IMG/VR virus record: IMGVR_UViG_3300028591_003737 | Coordinates: 64,001-128,000 of that record | Strand: one strand, 5' to 3' | DNA: 64,000 nucleotides | Source of the DNA: a virus | Taxonomy: Duplodnaviria; Caudoviricetes | Shown here: positions 16,975 to 26,857 of the stretch, piece by piece | Layout: each line of letters begins with the position of its first letter | Position numbering within the stretch: the stretch's first letter is position 1 | Program-made: the position numbers and the translations under genes | The notes under the pieces: model-generated | Seen by the model: only the letters and a program-made list of their open reading frames with translations | Databases searched by the model: none | Told to the model about the DNA's origin: nothing

Positions 16975-17946
16975 TTAAATAAGGGATTCATTTACTTTCT
17001 TTACAGCTTCCACACTTTCAAGAAGTCTTTCTTTCACAGATTCCTCAAATTCCTTATCGATATAAACCTTAGGTGCATTATAAGCATCTTCAGTAAGCTG
17101 AATCAAAGAGCCGATGCAGCAACCATATTCCTCACGCCAGACAGATGCAGTAAACATCTCATCATTACCTTCATAAATAGAAGCACACATATCAGCAATT
17201 GCCTGAGCAGGAGCTTCCCATGCAGAAGTACCAAGCAATCCAGTAAGAATTGCGCCTCCTCTCATAGTACGGTCAACTACATCTTCAATTTCTTCTGTAT
17301 TAAGATAATTAGTAAGAGGATTACCATAAACAGTAACTTCACTTACAATCGGAATCATAGTTTTATCACCATGACCGCCAATAACATATGCATTCTGTAC
17401 ATCATCAGGAACAAATCCAGCATCAGGCATTTTTTCATTAAGCTTTGCCCAAATAGTATACTTGAAACGTGCACTGTCAAGAGATCCACCAAGACCGATT
17501 ACCTTACTGTCAATATCCCACATAGGTCCATAATTCTTAATAAGATAATCACGTACCATCTGAGTCATCGTATCCATTGGATTGGAAACAACAACATATG
17601 TTGCATCAGGAGAATACTTAGTAGCCTGATCAAGAACGGAAGTCATAATCTTAGAATTAACACCAACAAGCTCTTCACGAGTCATACCAGGCTTCCTAGG
17701 CATACCAGAAGTAATAACAATAATATCTGACTTAGCAGTTTTTGTATAGTCATTAGTAGTACCAATAACTACAGTATTGTTATTCCACTTCATCATAAGA
17801 GACTGCATAATATCCATCGCCTTACCTTCGGCAACACCCTCCTTGATATCAAGAAGAACAACTTTATCAAAAATACCAAGTTCAGCAATTTTCATTGCAG
17901 CAGTTGCACCTACATTACCAGCACCAATAATAGAAACTTTACTCAT
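16975..17946 (-). CDS. mdh: malate dehydrogenase (LDH-like MDH)
   Basis: IIGAGNVG Rossmann motif, EGKAMD, TSGMPRKPGMTREEL, VSNPMD, LDSARF, GGHGD. Confidence 0.93.
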   Translation of the reverse strand: MSKVSIIGAGNVGATAAMKIAELGIFDKVVLLDIKEGVAEGKAMDIMQSLMMKWNNNTVVIGTTNDYTKTAKSDIIVITSGMPRKPGMTREELVGVNSKIMTSVLDQATKYSPDATYVVVSNPMDTMTQMVRDYLIKNYGPMWDIDSKVIGLGGSLDSARFKYTIWAKLNEKMPDAGFVPDDVQNAYVIGGHGDKTMIPIVSEVTVYGNPLTNYLNTEEIEDVVDRTMRGGAILTGLLGTSAWEAPAQAIADMCASIYEGNDEMFTASVWREEYGCCIGSLIQLTEDAYNAPKVYIDKEFEESVKERLLESVEAVKKVNESLI

Positions 17947-18136
17947 ATCTTTTTAAATTAAATTATTACAATTAAAATATAGAAATAAATATTTAAAATT
18001 TATTTTTTGTGATGTTTCTTTTTTGCTTTTATTCGTTCAGCAGTAGTTATATAACCATTTTTACGTGGTATTCCATATTGTTCATAAATAGTAGTCCATT
18101 TATCTCTACTAACTGTAAAATTTCCTAGATACATAA

Positions 18137-18997
18137 TTACTTCTTATTAAGTTTATTAAGTTCAAAAATAGCTTTTATATGAGTATAATCATCAAGAGTA
18201 ATATTAAAATCATCTTTAAAACATTTATCAAGGAAAGGAACTCTAAAACGTTTAAAATAAACTAAATTATATGTTCCAAATTCAATGATATTTTCCATCA
18301 TATCATCAATAGTGATAGGAAAATAATTTTCATTAAGTTCACGTTCCCAATTTACAACCCAACGATATTTAAGAAGGAAATGAACAACATTCTTCATATT
18401 ATCAAAACTACCCCAATGTTTGTTAAACTCTTCTTTCTGTTTAATCAATTGGTTAGAACGATTATAAATATCATTATAAATATCACTTATATTCTGAATA
18501 ATACTTGGGTCTGTAGGACGGTCAAGATCTTCAGAACACATCATATCTCTAATGCAAATATAATCAAATCCAGAGTCAACAACCCTTCTCCAGAAAGTAA
18601 TAATATCATCTTGATCTGCAGCATATGAATAAACTTCATGAATAACAGATGAAAGAATTAAAACTTTCTTACGATATATTGGTTGTTCAGAAAGATTCTT
18701 AACAACATCTTTCCAATCAGAAGTAAAATGAACATTTTTGGCACCACCGTTGAAATTAGTTTTAGCAAGTTCAATCATAGTGTCAGAAATATCATAACCA
18801 ATGTATGTATTGGTATAATAATTATTGTAAATGCCTACAAGATAGTTGATAAGAGTACCATCAGCACAACCAAAATCAACAAATGTATATTCTTGATTTT
18901 TAGGAAGTTCATTCAAAAAGAATAGCTTATCTTCCATTCCTTTTGCCATATTCTCATTATAAGAGAGAATATTCTTGAAATTAGGACCGATTTCCAT
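18137..18997 (-). CDS. class I SAM-dependent methyltransferase
   Basis: VDFGCADG, GYDIS..MI, LSSVIHEVYSY. Confidence 0.8.
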   Translation of the reverse strand: MEIGPNFKNILSYNENMAKGMEDKLFFLNELPKNQEYTFVDFGCADGTLINYLVGIYNNYYTNTYIGYDISDTMIELAKTNFNGGAKNVHFTSDWKDVVKNLSEQPIYRKKVLILSSVIHEVYSYAADQDDIITFWRRVVDSGFDYICIRDMMCSEDLDRPTDPSIIQNISDIYNDIYNRSNQLIKQKEEFNKHWGSFDNMKNVVHFLLKYRWVVNWERELNENYFPITIDDMMENIIEFGTYNLVYFKRFRVPFLDKCFKDDFNITLDDYTHIKAIFELNKLNKK

Positions 18998-19245
18998 TAT
19001 TCAACAGATTTATAAATGATATGTTCTGCACGACGAACCCAAGAAAGGAGTTCTTCAACACTAAGATTGTCAACATGAGTAAGACGACCATTCATATTGA
19101 CAAGAACTCTGTCATATTCAACTGTAATACCATTTGTAGTTTCCATATTTTTGTAACCACGAGAATGGAAAATAGTACGAATATCTTCAATCATTTCCTG
19201 ACGAAGTTCAAAAATCTTACGTTCATTTTTAGCGAAATAATCCAT
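18997..19245 (-). CDS. hypothetical protein
   Basis: 82 aa, first gene after a class-1 promoter. Confidence 0.7.
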   Translation of the reverse strand: MDYFAKNERKIFELRQEMIEDIRTIFHSRGYKNMETTNGITVEYDRVLVNMNGRLTHVDNLSVEELLSWVRRAEHIIYKSVE

Positions 19246-19271
19246 AATGTTATCTTGTTTATTACATTAAT

Positions 19272-19310
19272 AATATAGAATAAAAAAGAGGAAATTCAAA
19301 ATTTCCTCTT
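19272..19310 (-). promoter_or_regulatory. terminator hairpin (AAGAGGAAATT-caa-AATTTCCTCTT) fused with class-1 promoter
   Basis: 11-bp stem with U-tract on - strand; TTGAA-N16-CTATATT. Confidence 0.65.
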
Positions 19311-19830
19311 ATTTCTTTTTATTAGGTCCTAAAACTATATACATTCTTTTTCCTTCTAGTTTAGGCATATTCTCAGCCTTACCGAATTCTTCACATTCAA
19401 TAGCAAATCGAAGTAGAAGTTTTTCACCTTGTTCTGTAAAATTAATGCTTCGTCCCTTAAAGAATATAGATGCCTTAACTTTATTTCCATCTTTCAGAAA
19501 TTCTTGTGCATGTTTCAATTTAAACTGAAAATCATGTTCATCAGTATTAGGTCCAAAACGAATTTCTTTAATTTCAACTTGTTTAGAATTAGCTTTCATC
19601 TCTTTGGATTTCTTCTTCTGTTGATAAAGATATTTCTGATAATCTAGTATCTTACAAACAGGAGGATCTCCATTTGGATTTATTTCAACTAAATCTAATT
19701 CTAATTCATCAGCAATTTGCATTGCTTTTCTGGTATCATAAATACCAACTTCAACATTATCTCCTACAAGTCTAACTTTAGGAACTCTAATTTGTTCATT
19801 AATTCTTAAACTGTTTTCTTCTTTCTTCAT
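19309..19830 (-). CDS. infC: translation initiation factor IF-3
   Basis: INEQIR...RLVG...[42 protein letters not shown]. Confidence 0.95.
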   Translation of the reverse strand: MKKEENSLRINEQIRVPKVRLVGDNVEVGIYDTRKAMQIADELELDLVEINPNGDPPVCKILDYQKYLYQQKKKSKEMKANSKQVEIKEIRFGPNTDEHDFQFKLKHAQEFLKDGNKVKASIFFKGRSINFTEQGEKLLLRFAIECEEFGKAENMPKLEGKRMYIVLGPNKKK

Positions 19831-19848
19831 TTATTATAAATTTATTTT

Positions 19849-20115
19849 TTACCAATCTTTTTCTAAAACAATACCATCATCATCGCATAAATGACCATTT
19901 TGTACCCAAGTATAATGAACATGTTTACTTCTTTCGTTGGCAAGTTCATATAATTCACTTTCGGATGGTTCTTCTTCAACAAATAATGAAGATATATTTG
20001 GATGATAATCTGAATCAAGTTTATTTATACGTTTTTCTAATTCTACTCGAATTTCTTTCAATTCAGTTAAATTATCTGAACTATTAATAAAATCAATTAT
20101 TTCTTGTTTATTCAT
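19849..20115 (-). CDS. hypothetical protein
   Basis: 88 aa. Confidence 0.65.
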   Translation of the reverse strand: MNKQEIIDFINSSDNLTELKEIRVELEKRINKLDSDYHPNISSLFVEEEPSESELYELANERSKHVHYTWVQNGHLCDDDGIVLEKDW

Positions 20116-20570
20116 TAAAATAAATTTTTATCTATTTCTTTTGTTAAATATATTTCTTTAATATCACCTTTTAATTTATCTAATCTATCAGAATGTTTAT
20201 AATATTCATTTTTAAGATATTCTAATCTTTTATTCATTTCTTTATAATTACCTACAACAGGTATAACTTTTAATGATTTAGAATAATCTTCATGATATAC
20301 CATCATACACCATTCTGTAGGCATATATGTTGATTCTCCAATAGTATCGGTATTATCTTTATAATTATCACTTTCATTTTGAAGTCTAAAATATAAAATA
20401 TCTTCTAAATTTATCCATGTTTTTCTAGGTTCGTCATGTTCCCCCCTTTTAGTTTTTTCATTATATGATTCACCATGAGTATCATAAACAAATAATTTAA
20501 CTTTAGTTTCTATTTTAGAAACAATTTCTTCATTAGATTCAAAATTTGTATTATAATCTATCGTATTCAT
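20115..20570 (-). CDS. hypothetical protein
   Basis: 151 aa; TAATG overlap. Confidence 0.7.
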   Translation of the reverse strand: MNTIDYNTNFESNEEIVSKIETKVKLFVYDTHGESYNEKTKRGEHDEPRKTWINLEDILYFRLQNESDNYKDNTDTIGESTYMPTEWCMMVYHEDYSKSLKVIPVVGNYKEMNKRLEYLKNEYYKHSDRLDKLKGDIKEIYLTKEIDKNLF

Positions 20571-20983
20571 TAATATTGTTCTTTTGTTAAACTTTCTAAT
20601 AATTCTTTATACTCTTTTCTATAAGATTCACTACCAAACTTAATTGTTAAATCTTCTTGAGGATAACTTCTATCATAATCAATACTCATTAAATAAAAAT
20701 CATCTGAAATCCAAAAATCTGTATAATTAAGTCCTAATTTCCAATGTTTATAACTATCTAATTCTTTAATCTTTTCAATTTCATTAGAACGTATTTCATG
20801 CATTCTGTCAAGAGTTTCTTTATTATGCTCTAACCATAATTGATGTTTCTCTTCTTTTTCTTTTAATATTTGCCTATGTTTTTCATTCTCTAATTGACAT
20901 AGATAATTATATTCATCAATGTAATCTTTCGTTTCAGAATACATTTTATTTATTGTATCATTAGTATATGGAATTACAGTCAT
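20570..20983 (-). CDS. hypothetical protein
   Basis: 137 aa; TAATG overlap. Confidence 0.7.
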   Translation of the reverse strand: MTVIPYTNDTINKMYSETKDYIDEYNYLCQLENEKHRQILKEKEEKHQLWLEHNKETLDRMHEIRSNEIEKIKELDSYKHWKLGLNYTDFWISDDFYLMSIDYDRSYPQEDLTIKFGSESYRKEYKELLESLTKEQY

Positions 20984-20985
20984 AT

Positions 20986-21480
20986 TTATTCAGAATAATT
21001 TATAATTTTTATCTTCTCTAATTTATCTATTATGTTATAATATTTTGAAATTAGCTTAGTATATTCTTCTATTTTCTTTCTACATAATTCTCTGATATAT
21101 GCTTCTGCATCTTCTTTTGTTGCAAAAATGCGATAATGATATACATCTATATGTGTAGAATTTAATACTTGTTCAAATTCATCATCAAATAGATGATCTT
21201 GTCCATGCATACCAGTATGTTCTGGTGTGGATTCACGAGCATCATTACAAAGACGGATAACTTGAAAATCGGCACCATTGCTAAAATTCTTTGATGAACG
21301 AATTGTACCTTGAATATGTTTAGTTGGTGTTTCTTCACCCCACATACTTCTATCCCATTCTTCGTATTTAAGATTTACCTTACATTTATATATCTTATTA
21401 GGTACTTCATCTTCTTTTAGTTTATAAAAATCTAAAACATATACAAATGTATCTTTATTTAATATATCTAGTACTTTCAT
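20986..21480 (-). CDS. hypothetical protein
   Basis: 164 aa. Confidence 0.7.
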   Translation of the reverse strand: MKVLDILNKDTFVYVLDFYKLKEDEVPNKIYKCKVNLKYEEWDRSMWGEETPTKHIQGTIRSSKNFSNGADFQVIRLCNDARESTPEHTGMHGQDHLFDDEFEQVLNSTHIDVYHYRIFATKEDAEAYIRELCRKKIEEYTKLISKYYNIIDKLEKIKIINYSE

Positions 21481-21485
21481 ATCTA

Positions 21486-21782
21486 TTAATATCTATCTGG
21501 ACTTCCAATATCACCTTTATCATCATTATGTGTATGCCACCAATTCTGTTCTAAATCCATAAGTAATCCTTCTGGATATTCTTCAGGACAATCTGGATCT
21601 TCTTGAAGAGTAGCATCAAGTTCATCAGCAATCATCATAGCAGCACTGCATAATCCTTCACGATAACCTTCCTGAAGATAATATAGTTGTTCTTCAGTCA
21701 TATCATCTGATTTAATTGTATAAGCCCTATAATCTCTAAGTTGATTAATTAATCTTTTAAGAAGTTCAATTTTATTTTCCAT
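21486..21782 (-). CDS. hypothetical protein
   Basis: 98 aa. Confidence 0.7.
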   Translation of the reverse strand: MENKIELLKRLINQLRDYRAYTIKSDDMTEEQLYYLQEGYREGLCSAAMMIADELDATLQEDPDCPEEYPEGLLMDLEQNWWHTHNDDKGDIGSPDRY

Positions 21783-21783
21783 A

Positions 21784-22074
21784 TTATTTAATTTTTAAAA
21801 TTTCACCGTATTGTTCTGCTATATATAAAAATTTTTCTACCATTCCTTGAGAATAATAATTTCTTACAATTACTCCATTTTCATATCTTGAATTAGCTAC
21901 AGCAGCAAATGTTATTTCATACGTTTTAGAAGAATCATTTTTATCTCTTCCAATAACATTAAAACTTCTAGTAGGAGGTATTATTTCATTTACAACAAGA
22001 CTTTTAAGATATTTTGTAATATCTTCTTCATTTATAAATTCTTCTACTACTAAATTTTTATTAAGATGTAACAT
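21784..22074 (-). CDS. hypothetical protein
   Basis: 96 aa. Confidence 0.7.
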   Translation of the reverse strand: MLHLNKNLVVEEFINEEDITKYLKSLVVNEIIPPTRSFNVIGRDKNDSSKTYEITFAAVANSRYENGVIVRNYYSQGMVEKFLYIAEQYGEILKIK

Positions 22075-22166
22075 TATTTATTTATTAAATTTTGATGTAT
22101 CTTCAACTCTTCTTTGTGCTTCATCTACTTTACCAAGAATTTTTAATGCTTTATCAGATTTTCTTT

Positions 22167-23933
22167 TTATTTATTTTTTGATTTATTTAATTTTTCTTTT
22201 TGTTTAGCAAGTTTCTCTTTTTCTTTTGCTAATTTTTCTTTTTCTTTTAATTTCTTTTCACGTTCTTTAGCTTTACGTTCTTTTTCTTTCTGTTTTGCTA
22301 ATTTTTCTTTCTCTTTTAATTTCTTTTCTTTCTCTTTTTGTTTAGCTAATTTTTCTTTCTCTTTAGCTGCCTTTTCTTTTTCTTTCTGTTTCTTTGTCTT
22401 TTCCTTTTCTTTAGCAAGTTTTTCTTTCTGTTTCTTTTCTTTTACTTTCTGCTTTTCTCTTTCAAGTTTAGCTTTTTCTTCATCTTGCTTATATACACCA
22501 GTAAACTTTTCTTTCTTAGGATTTTCATCTTCAGGAAAATCAGATTCAAGAAGTTTTTTAAGATCCTTCAAATCCTTAAGATACATATCTTCAATTGTAG
22601 TATTCTTAATATATTCAAGTTCTTTCTTTATCTCTTCATTTTCTTTAAGAAGTGCTTCATATTCTTCCTTGGTGAGCTTAGAAATTGGAACATTAAGCAT
22701 TGTATCTGGAAGTGAATAAAGCTTCAAATCAGCTTTAATATCAGCTCGTGGACGATTATTTATCTTAATCGTTCCTTCAATAACAAGTTTAATGAACTTA
22801 CAAATATCAGTATTATCTTTTAATTTCTTTGTAAGAACATCAACAAGACGAGACTTTCTATCATTATATTTATTAAGTCTAAATGAAGTGAAATATTCAA
22901 TAAGACTATTAGGGGTTTCAAAATGTTTTACTTTACCATTCTCATCAAGAACCCAAAGATTATCATTAGGAACCCTCTTTATAAGTTTAAATTTATTAGG
23001 AAGATGAGTATCAGTATCTTCTTGACCAATCTCTTTCTTTAATTTACCACTATCAAATTGAACTGAATAATTAATCTTATGACCATCAGAGAAATTCTTC
23101 CAATCTTTAATATATCCAGTTTCAAGATATTTATTAAGAAGTTTTTCAAAATCATCAAATGTCATATCATAAGGAAGATCTGTGATAATCATAATATCAC
23201 GACTCTTATTATATGACCATTCGCCATAATTCTCCCAATAAGAAACTTCTTTTTCTTGATCAAATATAAATTTCCAATTATATGTTTTAACTCCTCTGAC
23301 ATATGGACGAGTCAATACATTACATTTTCCTTTCTTAATATATTCAATACAATTATCGATAATATCAATAGGATTATAACTCATTGTACTGAATCTATAA
23401 CCAGGAGCCATACCAATACCTCTACTTGTAAGAACAGTAGGAATAATTGGAAGATAATAAATTGGTTCTAGATATTCACCTTCGTCAAATATATAGTTAA
23501 GACAATCATAATCAGTTTTATATATCAAATTAGCATATTTATTTAGTTTGACATACAAATATCTTGGACTTGATGCTTCAGGAGAACGAAGTGTACCATA
23601 CTGACCTTCAATTGAAAGAGGATTAAGATTATCATTAAAATCTTGAGCAAGAGTAATGATAGTTGAATTAAGTGAAGCATCACCATGAGCATAAAGTGAA
23701 AGTTTAAGAGTATCACCAGAAAGATTAAGAAGTTTTACTGTAGAACCATTTTTAATAGTACCATTAAATGCTGCATGCATAATCTTTCTAGCACCTACTT
23801 TAAAACCATCAATAAGTGAAGGACAAGCACGTGTAGAAATAGTATATTTAGTAAAATCGGTATAATCAGAATTAAAGAATTCAGTTACACTTTTATTTTC
23901 TATTGTTACAATATTTTCTTTCTCTTTTGCCAT
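22167..23933 (-). CDS. DNA topoisomerase II, breakage-reunion subunit (T4 gp52-like) with K/E-rich C-terminal tail
   Basis: RACPSLIDGFK...RKI, YAHGDASL, GQYG, SSPRY (catalytic Tyr), EP.YYLPIIP. Confidence 0.93.
   Translation of the reverse strand: MAKEKENIVTIENKSVTEFFNSDYTDFTKYTISTRACPSLIDGFKVGARKIMHAAFNGTIKNGSTVKLLNLSGDTLKLSLYAHGDASLNSTIITLAQDFNDNLNPLSIEGQYGTLRSPEASSPRYLYVKLNKYANLIYKTDYDCLNYIFDEGEYLEPIYYLPIIPTVLTSRGIGMAPGYRFSTMSYNPIDIIDNCIEYIKKGKCNVLTRPYVRGVKTYNWKFIFDQEKEVSYWENYGEWSYNKSRDIMIITDLPYDMTFDDFEKLLNKYLETGYIKDWKNFSDGHKINYSVQFDSGKLKKEIGQEDTDTHLPNKFKLIKRVPNDNLWVLDENGKVKHFETPNSLIEYFTSFRLNKYNDRKSRLVDVLTKKLKDNTDICKFIKLVIEGTIKINNRPRADIKADLKLYSLPDTMLNVPISKLTKEEYEALLKENEEIKKELEYIKNTTIEDMYLKDLKDLKKLLESDFPEDENPKKEKFTGVYKQDEEKAKLEREKQKVKEKKQKEKLAKEKEKTKKQKEKEKAAKEKEKLAKQKEKEKKLKEKEKLAKQKEKERKAKEREKKLKEKEKLAKEKEKLAKQKEKLNKSKNK
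22180..22480 (-). repeat. low-complexity KEKEKLAKQ-type coding repeats
   Basis: repeated KEKEKLAK(Q/E) units at the end of the topoisomerase gene. Confidence 0.8.
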
Positions 23934-23935
23934 AA

Positions 23936-25831
23936 TTAAACCTCATCTTTAAGTGCATTTCTTCTCTCATCAGCAATACCTTTTGCAAGCCAATGTCTGA
24001 ATGTAGAATCAGCAAGTTCATCTTTTGAATAAACTTGAAAATGTGGATTTTGCATCATATCACGATAATATCCACCTTCAAGAGTACCAAGTCCTTTAAT
24101 ATATTTAATCTTAAATCCCTTTAAACTCTTTTCATCTTTTTTATATTCTTTAAGAGTAAAATAACTTCTATGATCTTTTCCTTTCTCTGCAATGATAATA
24201 GGAGATATACTTCTACAAATTATACCTTGTTCAAATAATTCTGGGAAATGATTACAGAACTGCATAAGAAGACCAGCAATATGGTGACCATCTGCATCAG
24301 CATCAGAACTAATTACTATTCTATTAAAATTCAAAGTTTCTTTAGAATTCTTTTCACCCCATTTAAGATTCATTATATTAATGATATCACTAAATACTTG
24401 GTTTTTCATAACTTGAACAGCACTCATACCATAAGTATTAAGTGGAACACCTCTCATAATATATGCTGCTTGAGTAATAGGATTTCTTGAAACACGGAAA
24501 CCAGCTTTAGCAGAATCTCCCTCAAATATCCAAAGTTCTTTCTCACTTCTATTTCTAGAAGTACAGTTAATAAACTTATCAGAACGAAGAAGTTTCTTAC
24601 CGGCTTCTTTATTAAGTTTACGTATCTTTGCTAAATCTTCTGCTTCACTCTTCTGTTGATACCAATCAAGAACAATATTGATAATTTCAGATTTTGTAAT
24701 AGCATTTAAAAATTTATCTGGACAAGGAATATAACCATATTCTCTTGAGAATAATTCAGCACTTGTAGTTAATTCTTCTTTAGTCTGAGATGAATATGCT
24801 GGATTAGAAACATCAATACTCATAAACATTGAATACTTATTATCTACACCAACACTAGATTTGAGTTCAATCTTATGCTTCTTTTCCATGAATTCAATAA
24901 TCTTATTATTGATTTCATTTCTAACTGCTTTAATATGAGTACCTTTACTACATTCTGCACCATTAACAAAACCAATATTGATATTTCCAGAAGGATATAC
25001 CCATACTGCTTTCTGAGAGTCTTCAAATTTAATACCTTCTTGAATATCTACAAAATTTGAATATAAGTCAATATACTCATCAAATTTCTTAAACTTCCAT
25101 TTACTCTTCTTTGAATCTTCATCATCTTTATATTCAAAATGTACTGTAAGACCAATATTTGCAGCTGCTGCATCAATACATCTCTTTTCTATAATATCTA
25201 CAAAATCAAGATTAAAACATTCTTGATTGTCAAATCTCTTATAATCAAGTAAAAATGTTGTCTTCGTATAATGTTGATCTGATTTTTCAACTTTAAGATC
25301 ATCATTAACTACTCCCATATTATCACTCCAAGAACGATAAAACTTATGTTTCTTATCACAAGTTTCAATAATAAATTGTTTTGAAAATACATTACAAAGA
25401 GCAGAACCAACACCATTTGTACCAATTACATTTCTATCTTCAGTATCATCATAATTACTTGATGTACGAAGTCTACCAAATATAAATTCAGGAACATATA
25501 TACCTGCTTCTTTATGTTTTACTACAGGAATACCACCATTATCTTTAATGGTTATCCAACCATCATCTGATAATGTTACCCAAATATCTGTAAGTCCAAG
25601 ATTATCTTTTCTACGAAATTCATCACAAGAATTAGAGATAACTTCATCTACAACTTTAAGCATTGCAGGAGTATACTTTACTTCTCTAATTTCCATTGTT
25701 TCAGAATGAGAATCATATAAGAACATAGTCTTTTCTTCCTCTTTGATAGAACCAACCCACATACCAGGTCTTAATAGGATATGTTCTCGTTCTGATAATT
25801 CTTTATATTTTTCTTCTATCTTTTTCGCCAT
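23936..25831 (-). CDS. DNA topoisomerase II ATPase/TOPRIM subunit (T4 gp39+60-like)
   Basis: EHILLRPGMW.GS, DE.ISN..D, DNGGIP, TSSNYDD, GTNGVG, EGDSA, D.D.DG.HI, KGLG. Confidence 0.95.
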   Translation of the reverse strand: MAKKIEEKYKELSEREHILLRPGMWVGSIKEEEKTMFLYDSHSETMEIREVKYTPAMLKVVDEVISNSCDEFRRKDNLGLTDIWVTLSDDGWITIKDNGGIPVVKHKEAGIYVPEFIFGRLRTSSNYDDTEDRNVIGTNGVGSALCNVFSKQFIIETCDKKHKFYRSWSDNMGVVNDDLKVEKSDQHYTKTTFLLDYKRFDNQECFNLDFVDIIEKRCIDAAAANIGLTVHFEYKDDEDSKKSKWKFKKFDEYIDLYSNFVDIQEGIKFEDSQKAVWVYPSGNINIGFVNGAECSKGTHIKAVRNEINNKIIEFMEKKHKIELKSSVGVDNKYSMFMSIDVSNPAYSSQTKEELTTSAELFSREYGYIPCPDKFLNAITKSEIINIVLDWYQQKSEAEDLAKIRKLNKEAGKKLLRSDKFINCTSRNRSEKELWIFEGDSAKAGFRVSRNPITQAAYIMRGVPLNTYGMSAVQVMKNQVFSDIINIMNLKWGEKNSKETLNFNRIVISSDADADGHHIAGLLMQFCNHFPELFEQGIICRSISPIIIAEKGKDHRSYFTLKEYKKDEKSLKGFKIKYIKGLGTLEGGYYRDMMQNPHFQVYSKDELADSTFRHWLAKGIADERRNALKDEV

Positions 25832-25854
25832 ATATAAAAAATATTATTCAATAT

Positions 25855-25890
25855 AATATAGAAAACAGATGAAAATATTTTCATCTGTTT
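25855..25890 (-). promoter_or_regulatory. perfect palindrome AAACAGATGAAAAT/ATTTTCATCTGTTT overlapping a class-1 promoter
   Basis: 28-bp palindrome 25863-25890; TGAA-N18-CTATATT. Confidence 0.6.
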
Positions 25891-25914
25891 CATAATATAT
25901 TAATATTTAATTAG

Positions 25915-26856
25915 TTATAATAATTCAATTCCATCTCGTTTACATTCATCAATCATCTCTTTTGGCCAAACTGAAGCTTGAACTTCACCAATATGCTTCT
26001 TTTGTAAGATTAACATACATAATCTTGACTGACCTATTCCACCACCGATTGTATAAGGAACATTTTTATTTAGAATATCTTCATAATATTCACATTTTTG
26101 AAATAGTATATTATTTTTTCCAACATAATTTAATTGATCAAATAATGAATCTCTATCTACTCTAATTCCCATACTTGATATTTCAATAGGAGCTTGTATT
26201 GCATCAGACCAATATAGTAAATCTCCATTTAATTGCCAATCATCATAATCAGCAGCTCTTAAATCATGTGGTTTACCATCTGGAAGTGGCCATCCTATTC
26301 TTTCAATAAATACTACTTTATTTTCTTTACATATTAAATATTCTCTTGACTTTGGAGCTACTGCTGGATATAAATCATATAAATCTTTTGAATTAATAAA
26401 ATATACATTTTCTGGATATTTTTTATTAATATCAAAAAATGAATTTATAACTTTATGTATTATTGAAACTGTTTCTTCTAAATAATTTTTAGTTCTATTA
26501 CTTTCATTAATTATTTTTTCCCAATCCCATTGGTCAACATAAATTGAATGAAGATTGTCAGGAGTTTCATCAGGACGAATAGCATTCATATCAACATATA
26601 TTCCTTGGTATTTTGATGAATCAAAATCTTTAAGTCTCATTCTTTTCCATTTAGCAAGACTTTGTACAACTTGTAATTTTCCAGATTGTGTATTAAATGT
26701 TACAGGATTACTGTTTCCAAGATCATCATTAATATTTGATTCTACAGATACAAAAATTGGACCAGAAACTCTAAGTAAATTTAACTCATAAGCAAGTTTT
26801 CTTTCAAAATTATCTTTAATTTGTTTTATCTTTTCTTCTGTCTGTTCTCTATTCAT
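25915..26856 (-). CDS. asnA: aspartate--ammonia ligase (asparagine synthetase A)
   Basis: VVQSLAKWKR, DMNAIRPDE, HSIYVDQWDWEK, HD.RAADYDDW, EISSMGIRV, TIGGGIGQSR, HIGEVQASVW. Confidence 0.95.
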   Translation of the reverse strand: MNREQTEEKIKQIKDNFERKLAYELNLLRVSGPIFVSVESNINDDLGNSNPVTFNTQSGKLQVVQSLAKWKRMRLKDFDSSKYQGIYVDMNAIRPDETPDNLHSIYVDQWDWEKIINESNRTKNYLEETVSIIHKVINSFFDINKKYPENVYFINSKDLYDLYPAVAPKSREYLICKENKVVFIERIGWPLPDGKPHDLRAADYDDWQLNGDLLYWSDAIQAPIEISSMGIRVDRDSLFDQLNYVGKNNILFQKCEYYEDILNKNVPYTIGGGIGQSRLCMLILQKKHIGEVQASVWPKEMIDECKRDGIELL

Positions 26857-26857
26857 A

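Noticed and set aside
16921-17730. 269-aa plus-strand ORF and the many other antisense ORFs in the track (e.g. 5897..6424, 12576..13151, 35070..35384)
   Set aside because: They are shadows of well-supported genes on the opposite strand, with Ile/Phe-rich non-protein-like composition.
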